From positions 1-40,634 of the forward strand of contig JAYVQZ010000008.1 in the NCBI GenBank assembly GCA_043776735.1: a DNA stretch of 40,634 bases, written 5' to 3'. This document shows, one piece after another, positions 7,526 through 16,800 of this stretch (position 1 is the stretch's first letter; every line of letters starts with the position of its first letter). The position numbers and the translations under genes were made by a program. Below the pieces are notes generated by a model that saw nothing but the letters and a program-made list of their open reading frames with translations, made no database searches and was not told where the DNA came from. This DNA comes from Deltaproteobacteria bacterium (lineage in GTDB: Bacteria > Bdellovibrionota > FAC87 > UBA2466).

Positions 7526-9247
7526 TTAAGTCCGTAGGCCGACCGTTTCAATAGGCACAAAACCAGCCATAGCTTTTGGAAGTAGGCCGATGCCCAGGCG
7601 GCAGCACTCCGATAAAATCGTTGGGGCCTCATGATTACCGGTGACGAGAATGCTACTACCAACCAAGTTGAGGTCGGTGATAGCAGTAAGACCGTTTTCT
7701 GAGGTGCCTGCAAAGTGATGGTCGATTAGATACGTAGATTGTTTCGCGTGGCTTTCGCCCCCCACATAACTTCGAAGTTCACCGAGGGACGAAAGATGTA
7801 CTTCCTTGATATTTGTGCCCTGATTGGAAATCTCTTTAAATCGCTCGTGCCATATCTGATGGACGGAAACATCATCGTCTACAACGACAATGGTTTGACC
7901 TTCTTCGACTACGATCTCACGTACAAACCACTCTGGAGGATGCGCTTCGGGAATTACCAACCGTACTTTCGTTCCCTTTCCGTCGGAAGACTCAATTTCA
8001 AGATGGCCACCCCAAGACTCAATCGTCGTCTTAGCGTGAAATAGGCCAAGGCCAGTTCCGTCAATCTTTTCGAAAGTGGCCCCTCGACTGCCGAGCTTAG
8101 GCACGTGCTCATCGGCGATTCCTATTCCCGTATCACTAACTTCAACGATCACAGAGTCAGCGCTTCTACGAGCTGAAACAATGATGGTGCCTGCCTCAGG
8201 AATGGCGTCGACCGAGTTATTAATCAGGTTCGATAATAAACGCGCGAACTCAACTGGCTGAAGCTCAGCGAATAGACCGTACGAGGTAACGCCACGTTGG
8301 AGGCGGATCTCAAGGCCAGGGCGACCTTGGAACGTGACTATTTTTTCCGAAACAATATTTTCAAGAAAGGTAGCTACCAGTTGAACGCTTAGGGGCTCAG
8401 AACTCTCGATCAAATCACTATCTCTTGCGATGAGGTCTCTCTGTCGCTCCATTAGGCTGTTGGCAATATCGTTCACTCTGGCCACGGCACTCCGAGCAAG
8501 GCGTTGACTGGCTTCAGGGAGCTGGGAAATGTCTTCCAGAACAACGCTAAGGGCCATTAGAGGAGCCCTGATGTCGTGGGCTACTTGGGTTGCCATTTGT
8601 CCTATCGCTACGGACTTTGCAGACTCTATTTCTTTTAGACGCGCATTTGTTAGTTCATCTGTCAGGTTACGAATCCCGGTCAGCAAGCCGAACAGCCCTT
8701 TTGAGGAGCCCGCTTGGACACCCGCATTTTTAAAAAAATTACTTAGCGCCTCAAAGGAGGAACGCTCGAGCACCGAAATAAGCCGGAACGAAAAGAGGGA
8801 AGCCAAAAGGTAAAGGAGTCCCAGGAACAAAAAGAAACCAATCGGTGATTCATAGGGGCGGCACATCTCAATAACAAGCTTCACCGGCTTTGCTTCACGG
8901 AAGAGTTCTATTTGGCCCGAACTGCAGTGTGAGCTGGCTGCTTTTTTTCCCGATTCAAAATGATTTTCTGGACTAGTAATTTGCACAAATAGCTCAGAGA
9001 ATGCGCGTCCAATCCCTTCAACAAAAGACCTGTAATCTCCACGAGACAGATCGGAAAGGCGCGACCTGGTGAGCGTGTCCCTTTGCGAGTTAATCAACTT
9101 TTGATTCTCAGCGCCGCTAAACCGAACCACCGCAAACCCTGTAGCCAGGAGTACGGAGAAGGTGACCACATTGAAAATCAGCCATGCTCTCTTGGGCGGA
9201 ATAATCCGCATGGGGCTTCTTACGGCAGTCTTTTCAAGCAGATTCAT
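7526..9247 (-). CDS. Membrane-bound hybrid sensor histidine kinase (2 TM + HisKA + HATPase_c + receiver)
   Basis: TM helices AWLIFNVVTFSVLLATGFAVV and FFLFLGLLYLLASLFSF. H-box AHDIRAPLMAL. NLINNSVDA. DTGIGI. GTGLGLFHA. C-terminal VVVDDD...YLIDHHF...LVTGNHE...LLPKA receiver pattern. Confidence 0.9.
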   Translation of the reverse strand: MNLLEKTAVRSPMRIIPPKRAWLIFNVVTFSVLLATGFAVVRFSGAENQKLINSQRDTLTRSRLSDLSRGDYRSFVEGIGRAFSELFVQITSPENHFESGKKAASSHCSSGQIELFREAKPVKLVIEMCRPYESPIGFFLFLGLLYLLASLFSFRLISVLERSSFEALSNFFKNAGVQAGSSKGLFGLLTGIRNLTDELTNARLKEIESAKSVAIGQMATQVAHDIRAPLMALSVVLEDISQLPEASQRLARSAVARVNDIANSLMERQRDLIARDSDLIESSEPLSVQLVATFLENIVSEKIVTFQGRPGLEIRLQRGVTSYGLFAELQPVEFARLLSNLINNSVDAIPEAGTIIVSARRSADSVIVEVSDTGIGIADEHVPKLGSRGATFEKIDGTGLGLFHAKTTIESWGGHLEIESSDGKGTKVRLVIPEAHPPEWFVREIVVEEGQTIVVVDDDVSVHQIWHERFKEISNQGTNIKEVHLSSLGELRSYVGGESHAKQSTYLIDHHFAGTSENGLTAITDLNLVGSSILVTGNHEAPTILSECCRLGIGLLPKAMAGFVPIETVGLRT

Positions 9248-9399
9248 TGTTATGCGAAATAGCGAAATACTGAAGTTTAATCAATTATATTAAAAGTTTA
9301 GTTGTCGACCCTGTATAACCACTGGGAAGAATTGACATTATGCGTTATTAAAATCACATGGCTGTTTCTGCAATTATGCGAACGTACTGACAGGAAAAT

Positions 9400-10878
9400 A
9401 TGAGTCAATTCTGTAAGCGCTTGTTAGTTCTTCTTCTTTTTATCGGAGTATTTGAATGCGTAGGGAACTCGCCGAAAGATTCCAAAATATTGCGATGCGT
9501 ATTTCCGTTTAAGCATCTCAAAAAAGATCCAACATTAATTGATCCGGCAAATACGGTTAGTATTTATGAATACTATCTCTTGGAAAATCTGGGAGTTGGT
9601 TTAATCCGAGATGATGTCTCCGATCCGCGAGGATACAAGGGGGTCCTCTCTAGCCATTGGGAACAAGTTAGCCCCACCCATTGGTCTTTCACTTTGCGGG
9701 AGGGGATTAAATGGAGCGATGGAACTGACATTACCCCGCACGAAGTGGTGGAACGGTTTCAGACTCTAAAGACAACTAAAAGCCGTCATCTTCTTAATTT
9801 ATCTAGGTTGAAAAAGGTTGAGTTTGATCCGAAATCGAATTCGGTGAATTTCTATTTTAGGGAAAGTACCAACGATAGTTTTCTTCACGAACTGAGCTTG
9901 GCTGACGCCGTTTTGGTGAGCCCCCGTAACCTGACGCAGGATTGGAAGGTGACGTCTGGACCTTACTTCGTATCTAAATACATAACCGACGCAAAAACTC
10001 TGGAACTTACCGCAAACTCATTTAGCCCGCTGGCCTCAGCCGAGAGTCCAGGAAAAGTGTTGTTGTTCGATTTGCCCGAAAGTTCAACCTCTGAACTTTT
10101 TAAGACTATTGACGCAGATATTTACTCAATTGCGGTTTTGCCCTTCTCAAAGGAGCGTAAAGATCTAATTGCTCGGGCGCCCAGCCACACTTTTGGTCAA
10201 CCCACCCTAATATATTATTGGGAATTTAATCCTGAAAATCCGTTGACCAAGGATTTAAGTGCGCGCAAGGAGCTTGCCAGTTTAACCGCAGAAGTTTTTA
10301 AGAGCTTTTCCGTTGGGAAAGATGTCGCCTATTATTCGCAGTTAGTCTCTAAAGGGTACTCGGGAGTTCTAGACAGTTTTGAAGTTAAAGGGACGGATAC
10401 AAATCGCCTCCAGGGTCAGGAAATTCTCTTACGGTTTCGCCCCCCGTTCAAATACCTAACAACGGAAATCGAAGAGTTAAAAGCTGCGGCAGTCAAACGC
10501 GGGATTAAGCTTGTGGTGGCTTTTGATGCGTTCACGCCGGAAGAGAAGGCCGATACAAGAGAGTTTGCGCGGCTGCAGGGGTTCAAAGGAAATCAGAAGG
10601 ACTCGGTAGGAAGCTGGAGTTTTCTTTTTAGTGGTAAAGGAGCGCTAAGTCCTTTCAAGGAACCGTCTGAGAAGTATTTAAACGAAGTCTTAGACTCCGT
10701 TGCCGATGCGCAAAAGTCCCAGGCGCTGCTAAAACTCCATCGTTTTGTTTTGGAAAATGCATTCGTCGTGCCGTTTCTCGTACAGACCGAACACATCATG
10801 ACCAGCAAGCGTATCAATCTAACTCGCTGGAATCCATTCGACCTACGTCTCCGTTTTTATGACGTTGCCTGGCAGTGA
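9400..10878 (+). CDS. Family-5 (peptide/nickel/opine type) ABC substrate-binding protein homologue
   Basis: Signal peptide LLVLLLFIGVFEC. SBP_bac_5 hallmarks: SSHWEQVSPTHWSFTLREGIKWSDGTDITPHEVVERF and VTSGPYFVSKY. No permease or ATPase genes lie adjacent. Confidence 0.7.
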   Translation: MSQFCKRLLVLLLFIGVFECVGNSPKDSKILRCVFPFKHLKKDPTLIDPANTVSIYEYYLLENLGVGLIRDDVSDPRGYKGVLSSHWEQVSPTHWSFTLREGIKWSDGTDITPHEVVERFQTLKTTKSRHLLNLSRLKKVEFDPKSNSVNFYFRESTNDSFLHELSLADAVLVSPRNLTQDWKVTSGPYFVSKYITDAKTLELTANSFSPLASAESPGKVLLFDLPESSTSELFKTIDADIYSIAVLPFSKERKDLIARAPSHTFGQPTLIYYWEFNPENPLTKDLSARKELASLTAEVFKSFSVGKDVAYYSQLVSKGYSGVLDSFEVKGTDTNRLQGQEILLRFRPPFKYLTTEIEELKAAAVKRGIKLVVAFDAFTPEEKADTREFARLQGFKGNQKDSVGSWSFLFSGKGALSPFKEPSEKYLNEVLDSVADAQKSQALLKLHRFVLENAFVVPFLVQTEHIMTSKRINLTRWNPFDLRLRFYDVAWQ

Positions 10879-11553
10879 ATGAGCCTCGAAACAAAAAGCT
10901 GGCGGCCGACTCTACGTCTCTTTGCTAAGCAAGAAACCGAGTTTAAAGACCCGGATGGGAAAAACGCTTCTATACGATGGACGTTCGATTGCGAAAAAAT
11001 GCCGTTTTTTCTGAAACGGGTGCAGTGCACGATGTCAGGGTTCGGGCTAAAATCCGTCGGATTCTCTGCGGATTTCACGTTCATAAATGCCTCTCGCAAA
11101 GCGCTCGCCGAAGCGTGGGAACGTCTTTGGTATGAGCGAGTAAAATCAAAACAGATCGAGCTGCCGTTTCCTGTTTTATCTTCGAATGGTTTTGCTGCCG
11201 GACCATCGATGGAAATGGCTCGCGAATGGTCGAGAGGAGAGCTTATTGAACGAGCATTAGTACTTCATTGTTGGCATGAAATGAGCGGTTGGAAGTCTTT
11301 ACTCGCAAAACAGCCAGAAGTTTGGCTTTTCAAAAAATACCTGGCGCGGGACGGATGGAGTCTAAAGCTGTTTCAGCTAGGTGAGACTGAAAAGGGAAGC
11401 TCCCTAGCCGGGTTGGCTCAGCACGAGACAAAAGGATCTGTATTTGATTCCGTATACGCGCCACCGAATTCTTGCTCGGTGAGGAGCCTGCTTATTTCCT
11501 TGTTAAGAATGATCACGCAACCTACGGATTCACTGATATTACTTCCGGCATGA
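10879..11553 (+). CDS. Compact YcaO-superfamily protein, ending at an in-frame TGA (see extension 11554-11799)
   Basis: GFSADFTFINASRKALAEAWER matches the G..x..A..A..EA.ER pattern. SSNGFAAGPSMEMAREWSRGELIERALVLHCW matches the sNG.AaG...eA....E.iER....W pattern. The ATG abuts the SBP stop (TGAATG). Confidence 0.6.
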   Translation: MSLETKSWRPTLRLFAKQETEFKDPDGKNASIRWTFDCEKMPFFLKRVQCTMSGFGLKSVGFSADFTFINASRKALAEAWERLWYERVKSKQIELPFPVLSSNGFAAGPSMEMAREWSRGELIERALVLHCWHEMSGWKSLLAKQPEVWLFKKYLARDGWSLKLFQLGETEKGSSLAGLAQHETKGSVFDSVYAPPNSCSVRSLLISLLRMITQPTDSLILLPA

Positions 11554-11799
11554 GGCAGCCCAAAGGACCACGCGAGATTTTATCGTAATCCGAATAAGAA
11601 CGGAGCATTCGACTTTCTAGCGAATGCAGCCTTCCCAGCGAGCGCATTAGTCAGTCCGGAGCGTTTACTGACCGTAGAGCTTGCACAGCCAGGAGTTTTC
11701 CCCGCAGTCTGCGTCTCACATCATCCAGATTGGCCAGCCCTGGAGTGGGGTTTGAAATCGGTTTCTGGAAAGAACCCGTTCCCCCACCCCATTGCTTAA
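11554..11799 (+). other. Stop-free in-frame continuation of the YcaO-like frame (81 sense codons), ending ...GKNPFPHPIA
   Basis: Read by hand from TGA 11551-11553: GSPKDHARFYRNPNKNGAFDFL...HHPDWPALEWGLKSVSGKNPFPHPIA, stop TAA at 11797-11799. It is absent from the ORF track because it has no start codon. Confidence 0.55.
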
Positions 11800-11842
11800 C
11801 AAAAAGGTAGCAGGCCAGCTCAATTTCAACGGTTGAGATTGC

Positions 11843-11864
11843 CACCAGCCTTTTGGGGCTGGTG
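11843..11864 (+). terminator. Hairpin downstream of the extended YcaO-like frame
   Basis: CACCAGCC-TTTTGG-GGCTGGTG forms an 8-bp perfect stem. There is no strong T-tract after it. Confidence 0.3.
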
Positions 11865-12114
11865 ACAAATCATTTACCTCGGGAGTGTGGTTATTTTCGG
11901 CAGCTTTGGGGTGCCTAGAATCAGTGCAGCTGTTAATAAATTTTGACAGGGGCATGGCTGTGCACAGGCAGAATACACCTCTAAATATTCGTAATTGCAT
12001 GGTTTAATCAAATATCGGAAATGGGGGTTTGGCACCGACTTTGCAGACTACCTAAGTATTAATTTCATCGACACACAACCTTTAGTCAGCCTCTCCGGCA
12101 CCCCAGAACCCCGA

Positions 12115-12813
12115 TTGAAACCGCATTTTACTTTGCGGGCATTGAGCGTTGGTTTTTGGCTCACCTTAATCGTGGCGGTTGTCGGCTGTGGATCCAAACA
12201 CAATACCTGGCCAGCCCATGTGGCCTCAATTTCCGGATTTTCCGATGCCGAACGCCTGCAAATAATGGCCGCGGTGAACCAGATGAACGACGCCGCGGAT
12301 CAGCCTCTTCTTATTCTAGACAACTCAGCTCCCGCAAACGCCTATACGATTACCATCCAAAAGCATGAGGCATGGACCGATTCCAAAGTGGGCCTCTCCC
12401 ACCGAAGTGAAGAAAATTGCGCGATTGAAATCTCTAGCGAGCTTTTTGAATCCCATTTAGCAGGCTTTTTAGATACGACAGTGCGCCACGAATTTGGGCA
12501 TTGCACTGGTCTGGGTCACAGTTCAGAAAAAGGGGCCTTGATGTTTGCCACCTCGGTAGCCTTCGATGCCTACAGCGATTCTGCCCTAGACGAATTTTTC
12601 GCCGATATGCAAAAATCCGTGGCTCCCGCATACCGCGGCGAAGGAAATGCTCCGGCAACAACCACCGCCACCTCTGATCTCCAAAAAACGACCGATACCA
12701 CCACCACTCCGCCATCCGATAAGCCTCCCGTGTCCCCCTCTCCCCAAGGGGACGGTTCCCATGACCACCGCTCCCACGGCCGCGGCTCCCACGAGCATCA
12801 TCATCACCATTAA
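12115..12813 (+). CDS. Metzincin-type zinc metalloprotease lipoprotein with a Thr/Pro linker and a His-rich C-terminal tail
   Basis: HEFGHCTGLGH matches HExxHxxGxxH, with a downstream ALMF as a possible Met-turn. The in-frame TTG at 12115 gives KPHFTLRALSVGFWLTLIVAVVGC, a lipobox-type signal. The ORF track starts at ATG 11995. The tail is HDHRSHGRGSHEHHHHH. Confidence 0.7.
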   Translation: MKPHFTLRALSVGFWLTLIVAVVGCGSKHNTWPAHVASISGFSDAERLQIMAAVNQMNDAADQPLLILDNSAPANAYTITIQKHEAWTDSKVGLSHRSEENCAIEISSELFESHLAGFLDTTVRHEFGHCTGLGHSSEKGALMFATSVAFDAYSDSALDEFFADMQKSVAPAYRGEGNAPATTTATSDLQKTTDTTTTPPSDKPPVSPSPQGDGSHDHRSHGRGSHEHHHHH

Positions 12814-12968
12814 TTTAAAGCCGTTCACAGCGAAGAGAGACCCCCCCAAAAAAGTCCTAAAAATGATCCCTTTTTTGAATTGGGCATCCTCTTTGCAATG
12901 GGGTTTCTAGGTAAGGCTGGAACAGGGGGGAATAACAATGCTACAAACTCCACAGGTGAGAAGACAAA

Positions 12969-13877
12969 ATGAGTGATTCCCTGGTCTCCAATACAATAAA
13001 TCCGCTCAAACAGGCCCTAGCGCTAAAACCGATATTCCCCGGGGGAATTCGGCGGGTTTGCTACCCCACGGCAACGATCGATCTTAAAGGCGAAGTGGCC
13101 CGTCACCTCACTACGCGCGGGGTGACCGATCAACCGCTGCCTTTAGAGACCCTTCAGCTACGAGTTAGCGCAGAAAATCAAATTCCTAAGGACGGCCCCC
13201 TTAGTCCCATTTCCTTGCAGCTTGAATTTACCGAACCCGGCGTCCAAAAGGCTTACCGCAAACTCGTGGGTTACTTAGCCCAAGAGGTTCTCGGATTTGA
13301 CGTCGTTTTTGAACGCAGCCCTTTTCTTCGCTTTCACTTTCCCGCCCGCCTGCCCGACAAATACCGCTCGACCGGGGGGGTAATCCTGGCTCATCATAGC
13401 GATACCTTATTGGGAGACTACTTTGAGCAGATCAACTGCTGGCTCCCCTTAAGCACCTGCGCGGGAACCCGCTCCTTGCAAATAGCCTCCTTCGACGACA
13501 GCATCGGCATTCTCACCGAGTTTGGCCGAGGTCTCGACTTCGATCTTTCCCGCTTCGCCCAGGCCAGACAGCCCTTTTATGATCGGCTTTATTCCGACGA
13601 TGCTTTTCAACAACGGGTTCTGCAAGCTTGCCACCCCTTGGAGACCCAATACGGAGAGGTTGTCCTCTTTGACCCTCGTACCATCCACGCCACGGCCGAA
13701 AACTTAGACACCCAAACCCGGGTGAGCATCGACTTTCGTTTGATCCCTCTCACCGCCTACAATGAGATCATGGAACGGTTTCGTAGCGAAGGAAAAACAC
13801 CGGTGGAGTTTGAAGGGCAGTCGCTGGCACGCGGAGGGTACTTCGATGTGAAGACCGCCTTTGAGGCCCTGGAGTGA
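12969..13877 (+). CDS. Fe(II)/2-oxoglutarate-dependent oxygenase (PhyH-like fold)
   Basis: HHSD provides an HxD motif, with a distal His in DPRTIHATAEN and an Arg in TRVSIDFR. This spacing fits the 2OG-oxygenase facial triad plus the 2OG-binding Arg. Confidence 0.55.
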   Translation: MSDSLVSNTINPLKQALALKPIFPGGIRRVCYPTATIDLKGEVARHLTTRGVTDQPLPLETLQLRVSAENQIPKDGPLSPISLQLEFTEPGVQKAYRKLVGYLAQEVLGFDVVFERSPFLRFHFPARLPDKYRSTGGVILAHHSDTLLGDYFEQINCWLPLSTCAGTRSLQIASFDDSIGILTEFGRGLDFDLSRFAQARQPFYDRLYSDDAFQQRVLQACHPLETQYGEVVLFDPRTIHATAENLDTQTRVSIDFRLIPLTAYNEIMERFRSEGKTPVEFEGQSLARGGYFDVKTAFEALE

Positions 13878-16800
13878 ATCTTTCCCGGTTTCTCAGTAAC
13901 CTTTTTGTCTCCTGGATAAGGCCCCTTCTTACGGCAGGATCCCAACGAAAGCTGACCCTTGCGGATTTTCCCGTTGAGCTTGGCAAAGAGTCCGTCAATC
14001 GCTGCGCTGACGAATTGGTCCGCGCGCTGGAGGCGACGCCAAACGACCCTCTTTCTAAAACGCTTGGGAAAGTCTACCGGGGAATCCTCAGTGGGGCACT
14101 GTTACTAGGGTTGCTTCATGCGGTAACAAGCCTTGCGCTTCCCTTTTTACTTCAAGCGTTCCTCAATGACCTGAGCACTTCGGTAGCCCCACTTTCCCAA
14201 AAAATCTTGCTAGCCCTCTCCCTTTTTTCCATGAGCCTTCTCTCCTGGTTGCTCATCCAGCACTGCTTTTTTGTGGGCGGTAGACTGGCCCTTCGCGTTC
14301 GAGCAGGCCTTGTCAATGCCATCTATAAAAAGCTATTGGGAAGCTCACCGGCAAACGACGATTCCTCCTCTGCCTACTTCAACTTGATCGCACGAGATGC
14401 CCTTAAGGTGGGCTCAGCCGGACAGATGTTGGTACTCACCGTGATGTCGCTCGTGCTTATCGTTGGCGGTGTGCTTCTGCTCTATCAAATTGTAGGAGTT
14501 TCTAGCCTTGCTGGGTTTTTGGTCTTAGTCCTATTGGCCCCTCTCTACCGGAAGCAGGCGCGGGCGATGGAGGCTACGACCGGCGATCTGTTTCATATCT
14601 CCGATCGTCGAGTGGGGTTTCTCTCCGTCGTCTTTCAAGGGATTCGGGCAATTAAATTGGCCGGCGTTGAATCCATCCTTGGAGATCAGGCCCGAAAGAT
14701 CCGAGCCCAAGAGTTAGTAAAACTAAACCGTATTGCCATTCAAACCGCGTTCTTAAACCTTCTGTTTCAAAGCAGCCCCATCGCGGTGGCTTTAGTCACT
14801 TTCACTACGGCAGCCTTGTTGGGTCGGCAGCTTGGACTGCCGGAGGTTTTGTCCGCCCTTGCCACGTTTGCCATCCTGCGAGCCCCTCTGCTGCACCTTC
14901 CCAATCTCATCGTCGCTCTTTTAGAAGGACGAGTTTCTCTTAATCGAATTGAGTTGGCTCTGCGCGGACAAGAGCGGCTTCCTGTGACGGCTGGGACAGC
15001 GCCCCTGGGATCGGTTTCTTTAAAAGCCGCGACATTTAGTTGGAAAACTCAAGGCAAAGCGGTCCTTTCTGAAATCTCGTTAGAGATTACGCCTGGCGAG
15101 TTGGTGGCTGTTTTAGGGCCGGCCGGCAGTGGCAAAAGTTCCCTGCTCCATGCCCTCCTTGGTGAAATGGGCGTTCAAGAGGGAGAGGCCGCCCTATCGG
15201 GCGAAGTCTCCTACTCCTCCCAACAGCCGTGGATGGTCAATTCGACAGTAAAAGAGAATATCGTTTTTGGAGCGGAGTGGAATTCTGCCCGCTACAGCGA
15301 GGTAATCTCAGTCACAGGCCTTGAGCGCGACTTGGCTCAGTGGGCTTCGGGCGACGCTACGGAAGCTGGGGAAAACGGCCTGGCCCTTTCCGGAGGTCAA
15401 CGCCAGCGCATTGCCTTAGCCAGAGCCCTTTATCGAAACGCCGATCTCTGCCTCCTCGATGATCCGTTTAGCTCCCTCGATAACCGGACGGCCACCCACT
15501 GTTTTGAAAAGGGAGTGCTGGGATTTCTTAAAGGGGCCACACGAATCCTGGTCACCCACCGGCATGATTTTGCCCAGCAGGCCGACGTGGTTTTGTGGAT
15601 TAAAAATGGCCGTATCGTTCGCAGCCTAAGAGGTCAGCAGATTAAAAAGCTTCACGAAATTCCTGCAGAAGTTGCCCCTGAGCCAACTCGGGCGTTAGAG
15701 CGGGCGCCTGCCAGAGGCATGATCACGGCAGAAGCCGATGCGGAGGGCTCGGTCCCCTTGGATCGTTACCGCCAGTACGGCGCAATGCTCGGAAGTTCTT
15801 TAGTCTTAGCCTTAATCCTTGGGATCTTTTTGCTACGGGAAGTTTTTAACGTGGGGGCCGATACCTGGATCTCCTATACGACGGCACGTGCTGGGATCAC
15901 GCCCACAATCATTTTAAGTGGGTTTGCACTCTTGGGCCTGCTGACCTCGGTGGCCACTTACGTGCGATCGCGCATGGTCATGGCAAAAACGGTAGTCGCT
16001 GCAGGGACCCTTCACGAGGGCATGCTCAGCGGGGTTTTAAATTCACCATTCTCTTTTTTTGAGGCCAATCCCTTAGGCCGGCTGCTCAATCGTTTTGGAA
16101 AAGACCAGGCAGCAATCGATCTCGAGGTCGGCACAAAAACCCTAGAGTGCCTCAATGTGATCTTTCTCTTAGGCTCAAGCCTTATCCTAATCGTGGTGGC
16201 CACGCCCGTGGCTGTGTTGGTGATGTTTCCTCTGGGGGTGGTCTATTACCGTTTGCAACTCTTTTTTAGAGCCACATCACGCCAGATAAATCGAATGGAA
16301 GCGCTTTCCCAATCCCCGCTTTTCGCCCACGTTTCAGAAACTCAAGGAGGACTGACGACGATTCGGGCGATGAGGCAGCAGGATCGGTTTCGGCAGGGAT
16401 TGAGCGAGCGGCTTGAGATCAACCAACGAATTCTAATCGCCCGCTTGGCCGCCGATCGTTGGCTCAGCATTCACCTAGACTCTTTGGGGGCGCTTTTGGT
16501 GGGCATCACCGCCGTATTAGCTGCCTGCTTTAGCGATGCCATTGGTTGGGAGCTAGCGGGACTCTCTGTCACCCATGCGCTTGCCGTGACGGTGACTTTT
16601 GCCAGAGCAGTCCACACCTTTGCCGAACTCGAATGTGGCATGAACTCCGTAGAGCGGGTGCAAGAGTATGCAGGACTGCCGGGGGAAGGGTTCAAGGGAA
16701 ATGGCCAGCCCGCCTCTCCTCCAGTTCAGTGGCCTGACGCAGGAAGAGTGGAAATTAAAGACTTGGAACTGCGGTACCGCCCCGATCTCGAGCCCTCGTT

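Noticed and set aside
11551-11553. Selenocysteine or genome-wide TGA reassignment as the explanation for the in-frame TGA in the YcaO-like gene
   Set aside because: I found no convincing SECIS-type hairpin in the ~40 nt downstream. Several well-defined genes here (relB, thiolase, lptE, the SBP) terminate at TGA at their expected ends. A point mutation, sequencing error or local readthrough is therefore more likely.
11995-12114. ATG 11995 as the start of the metalloprotease
   Set aside because: It would place 40 non-signal residues ahead of a textbook lipoprotein signal peptide. The in-frame TTG at 12115 gives a proper n-region, h-region and lipobox. Either start remains possible.
12863-12910. 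A 15-codon aromatic-rich mini-ORF (MIPFLNWASSLQWGF) upstream of the biosynthetic operon, as a Phe/Trp attenuation leader peptide
   Set aside because: I could not find alternative terminator/antiterminator hairpins or a U-tract between it and the 12969 start. With only two Trp and two Phe and no tandem run, it may be chance.
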